Shown: positions 22,254 through 25,638 of the stretch, piece after piece
Position numbering within the stretch: position 1 is the first letter of the stretch
How the letters are laid out: every line of letters starts with the position of its first letter
Source of the DNA: a virus
Lineage: Duplodnaviria > Heunggongvirae > Uroviricota > Caudoviricetes
Strand: one strand, 5' to 3'
Virus record (IMG/VR): IMGVR_UViG_3300035520_000451
DNA: 25,638 nucleotides
Program-made: the position numbers and the translations under genes
Notes under the pieces: generated by a model
Databases searched by the model: none
What the model was told of the DNA's origin: nothing
Seen by the model: only the letters and a program-made list of their open reading frames with translations

Positions 22254-23471
22254 ATGTCTAAATCAATTTCTAAAGGTCATCTTACCATTGTAGATCTTAA
22301 CGATGGTAGAGTAATGAATTTATCTATTAGATCTAATATTTATCAACAAATTTATTGTGCAGATAACTCATAGCCATATACTCCAAATTTCGAAACTTAC
22401 CCATTAGTAATTTAGCCTATTCTTACTATGACTGGAGTTGAGAATACCAACTTACTAACTTCTGCTAATGCTTCCGTAGAATATAAAGTATTAGCTCAGG
22501 GTTCTACCACAGCTTAGGATTTGGAAAGTTATTTTGGGAAAGATGGTTATGCTAAAGCGGCTACTACAGATGGTCAAAAATTAACTATTAAGAAAAATCT
22601 AACAGTAGATTATATTATAATTTAGGTAACTACATCATATGTAGAAAGTGGCATAACTTATTCTGCATATAATGAAGTATAGATAACGAAATTGGTTTAG
22701 GGTGTAAATACTGTAAATATATTACCTGAAACTCCTTACGGAGATTCTTTCTACACTAATATGCCACAAATTGATGGAGATACTAAGATTTGTATGGTAG
22801 CCCATTTAATGCGGGGTGGAGTTGTAGATGATTCCAATATTGAATGGGAATGGTCTAAAATGGGAGATGATGGAAATTGGAGTGTTTTGAAAACTACTGA
22901 TTATGCTGACTCTACTGGTAATGAATATTTAACATCTACCGGAGCTGGTTCTCAACACCCATCTTCCACTGCCCACAGTTCTGGATGTTGTACATTATGG
23001 GTTAAGCCCGATGCAATTGATAATTTTGAACTATATAAGTGTACAATATATGATTTGGATACTGCTACAGGAGCTTCTGACAGATCTAAATTTATAAATA
23101 CTGTATTTACCATTTCTGATAGAACTGATCCTTATAAAGTAGATATTACTGACGATACTCCAGACAAGATTACTTTAACTCAAGATACTATAACAGTTAA
23201 ATTACGCATGTTATAGAATGATGAAGAAATTGAAAATTATTTCCACAAAGTTGGAGTTGGAGTAACTTGGTCTTTATATACTAATGTTACGGATTCTGAT
23301 AATAATACTACTTATGCTCTCAATACTGATTGGGGAACTAAAGGATTTAAAACCACTTCTAACACTGAAGCTACAGTAGCTAGTGGTAATTACTGTAATG
23401 TTATGACCATAAGCAAGAAAGAGATTAATAAACGTGCAAATCTTGTTTTTGAAGTATTCGAAGGAGCTTAA
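22254..23471 (+). CDS. Tail protein with about three Ig-like domains, 405 aa
   Basis: 7 TAG. SKGHLTIVDLNDG...QQIY...YTPNF...PL; WEWSK; YKCTI...FTISDRTDPY. Confidence 0.72.
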
Positions 23472-23473
23472 TT

Positions 23474-25638
23474 ATGGATACTAAGACTATTGCGAAAGGT
23501 AGTCACACTTTTATATATGTTGAAAACGGAGCCGATAGTGTAGCTGTCGGCCTCCGTAATCAACAATTATTAGTCGCTATGACAAGTGACGGAAAAATTG
23601 TAAACTCTGAAACCTATGAAAATCAGCTTTTCTTATATAAAGGAGGTGTTGTTCAAGAACTTACAAATCTTGTTATACAATATTATGATACGAGTGCTAT
23701 CGTAGGATATTCAAACATCTCTACTGAAGTAACTAATATTGCAAAAGGATTATTCTCCGTTACATTAACAGAAGGTTATCCCATACTTAATGATAAAGCT
23801 CTTATTAAATTGACAGCAAAGAGTACTGATTGCCCTGATGGAGTTAGTATTGATTTTACTATTCAAGGAGTTAGAGCTGGCTCTGATGGAGCCGATGGTA
23901 CTGATGGAACTAATGGTATGGATATAACTGTCTATGAATTATTACCATCAACGGAATCTGACTTATATTTCAGTAGAAATGATGATGATTCATTTGTAGA
24001 AGAATACCAAGATATATATTGTGGATATTGTAAAAGAACAGGAAGCGATGTAACAAATTATCCTGGTAATATTAAAGCTAACTTGTATCATAATACGTCA
24101 GAAGGAGGTACAGCACCTTATAACATATTCTACAAATATATTGCCTATGATGATACAGAATACAAATATGCTTGGGCAAAAGACCTAGAGAAAAATGGGG
24201 TAGGAGTGTTGCGTATATCTTCAGATACTACTTATAAGGGAGTATTATTTATACTTGCCAATACTTCTGGCATTTCTTTAATATCTGATGATAATATAAT
24301 AGACCGTGAAGAAATTCTTTTCATAAAAGCACCGAAAAAGGGCGAAAAAGGAGACGATGCTATACAATACACTATTATACCATCAACTACTAGTATAAGA
24401 AGAAAAAGCAATGGGCAATTAGAAACAAAAACAATTAGTTTTCAATATTACTACATAAAGGGTAATGGTTCCCCAGTATACAATGAAAGTGCTGACTCTG
24501 AGTCTTTATTTTTCATATATAGTTTCAATGATAGTGAAACAAGTACCACAGTTCAAGTTAATAAAGAAGTACAACTTGATGATAGTGTTACCAAAATAAA
24601 ATGTTCACTAATAAACACTACAGGAAAAGTTTATGCTACTTGTACTATCAATGTTATTGAAGATATACAAGATGATAATATAGAAGAAATTCTTCAAGAT
24701 GTAGTCGCTAAGCAAATAGATAATCAAATTTCTATTTGGTTTACTGATTATGAACCTACACTTGAGAATGAACCTGCTTCTGAATGGACAAGTCCAGCAT
24801 TGCAACAAGACCATCTAGAAGATGTTTGTTTTGATAGAAGTACTGGAAAAGCATATTCTTATAGTGTTGATAGTGATGATAATTTCTCATGGCAAGAAAT
24901 AACTGATGCTGAAACATTAAAGGCACTTTCAAACGCAGCAACAGCACAAGCTACTGCTGATGGTAAAGCAACTATATTCTTAGGCAATGTTCCTTATGTA
25001 CCATATAACAAAGGAGATATTTGGATAGCAGATAGTAATAGTGTTCGTAGTGGTGCTACTTATGGTAGTGGAGCAGATGCTAAAGTTGTTTCTAATGGAC
25101 AAGTTCTAATTTCTGAAAATAGCAGAAGTTCAAAGGATTCTTTGAATTTTGGGGATTGGAATGATTATTTATCAGATTATTATCGTGATACAGATTTTAT
25201 CAATGATGTAATAGGTAATGCCACTAAAGGAAATAATGTATTTTACTTTGATAGTAATTTTAAATTATACACCGATGTTACTTTTAGTGGAAGTACTCCA
25301 TCTTTATCAGGCACAGAAATAACAGAATACTCTAAAGGCGATGTTGCTATTTATATCGGCAGTAGTAATTTTATATATACTTTTGGCAGTGTTCAATATA
25401 CTATACAAGCAACAACAGTAGTAGGACAAGATTCTAGTGGTAATGTTAAAAAGAATAGAAATTATCCTAGATTTTTCTGCATAAAAAGCGGTACAACATC
25501 AAAGATTTCAAACAATAATTGGGCAGACTGGATTGCTGATATGTCTTTGAAATCTCGCATTGATAATGAAGTAATGTTTCAAAATGCTTTATTTGATAAG
25601 TATGGGCATTCAATCATAGAACAAACTGCTAATAAAAT
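23474..25638 (+). CDS. Tail fibre protein, partial (>721 aa, runs off the window)
   Basis: No stop of any kind to the window end. Short G-X-Y collagen-like linkers (GSDGADGTDGTNG, GEKGDD). QID..I..WF...EPT..NEPA.EW...H..D...AQATADGK...PY.KGDIW domain, typical of gut phage fibres. Confidence 0.8.
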   Translation, partial: MDTKTIAKGSHTFIYVENGADSVAVGLRNQQLLVAMTSDGKIVNSETYENQLFLYKGGVVQELTNLVIQYYDTSAIVGYSNISTEVTNIAKGLFSVTLTEGYPILNDKALIKLTAKSTDCPDGVSIDFTIQGVRAGSDGADGTDGTNGMDITVYELLPSTESDLYFSRNDDDSFVEEYQDIYCGYCKRTGSDVTNYPGNIKANLYHNTSEGGTAPYNIFYKYIAYDDTEYKYAWAKDLEKNGVGVLRISSDTTYKGVLFILANTSGISLISDDNIIDREEILFIKAPKKGEKGDDAIQYTIIPSTTSIRRKSNGQLETKTISFQYYYIKGNGSPVYNESADSESLFFIYSFNDSETSTTVQVNKEVQLDDSVTKIKCSLINTTGKVYATCTINVIEDIQDDNIEEILQDVVAKQIDNQISIWFTDYEPTLENEPASEWTSPALQQDHLEDVCFDRSTGKAYSYSVDSDDNFSWQEITDAETLKALSNAATAQATADGKATIFLGNVPYVPYNKGDIWIADSNSVRSGATYGSGADAKVVSNGQVLISENSRSSKDSLNFGDWNDYLSDYYRDTDFINDVIGNATKGNNVFYFDSNFKLYTDVTFSGSTPSLSGTEITEYSKGDVAIYIGSSNFIYTFGSVQYTIQATTVVGQDSSGNVKKNRNYPRFFCIKSGTTSKISNNNWADWIADMSLKSRIDNEVMFQNALFDKYGHSIIEQTANK

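Noticed and set aside
1-23471. Interpretation as a decayed prophage full of pseudogenes
   Set aside because: All interruptions are TAG, with no frameshifts or internal TAA/TGA outside the introns, and catalytic motifs are intact.
23879-23920. GATGG-like short nucleotide repeats
   Set aside because: They encode the G-x-D collagen-like linker, not a DNA-level element.
14822-24947. Minus-strand ORFs at 14822, 15092, 16152, 20289, 21383, 24608 and 24756
   Set aside because: Short shadows of long plus-strand structural genes.
1-25638. Suppressor tRNA, CRISPR array, diversity-generating retroelement, integrase
   Set aside because: No cloverleaf, repeat-spacer array, reverse transcriptase, template/variable repeat pair or recombinase seen by eye. 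Intergenic space is minimal, but a tRNAscan-SE/Infernal run would be needed to exclude small RNAs.

Overview
Very AT-rich, gene-dense segment of a lytic Bacteroidota phage, most likely crAss-like (Crassvirales), in which TAG is read as Gln (translation table 15). The supplied standard-code ORF track fragments most genes. Reading TAG as Gln gives about 21 contiguous or overlapping CDSs, and every complete one ends in TAA or TGA. The left end (minus strand) holds a partial gene, a lysozyme-like protein, a GH73 glucosaminidase and a small basic protein. A symmetric pair of Bacteroidota-type promoters at ~1952-1994 separates these from a long plus-strand unit: holin-like protein, PD-(D/E)XK nuclease with a class 3 intein, Cys-rich protein, GroES-like protein, small proteins, terminase large subunit (two group I introns plus an intein, all in ATPase motifs; intron 1 encodes an HNH homing endonuclease), portal, and a fibre/receptor-binding module. 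That module includes a five-Ig-repeat protein, small adaptors, a 1675-aa LamG + CotH-kinase-like + LRR protein, and a TAG-free tail fibre running off the window. Family calls come from hand translation and motif recognition, not database searches. Codon counts are manual and may be off by one or two.
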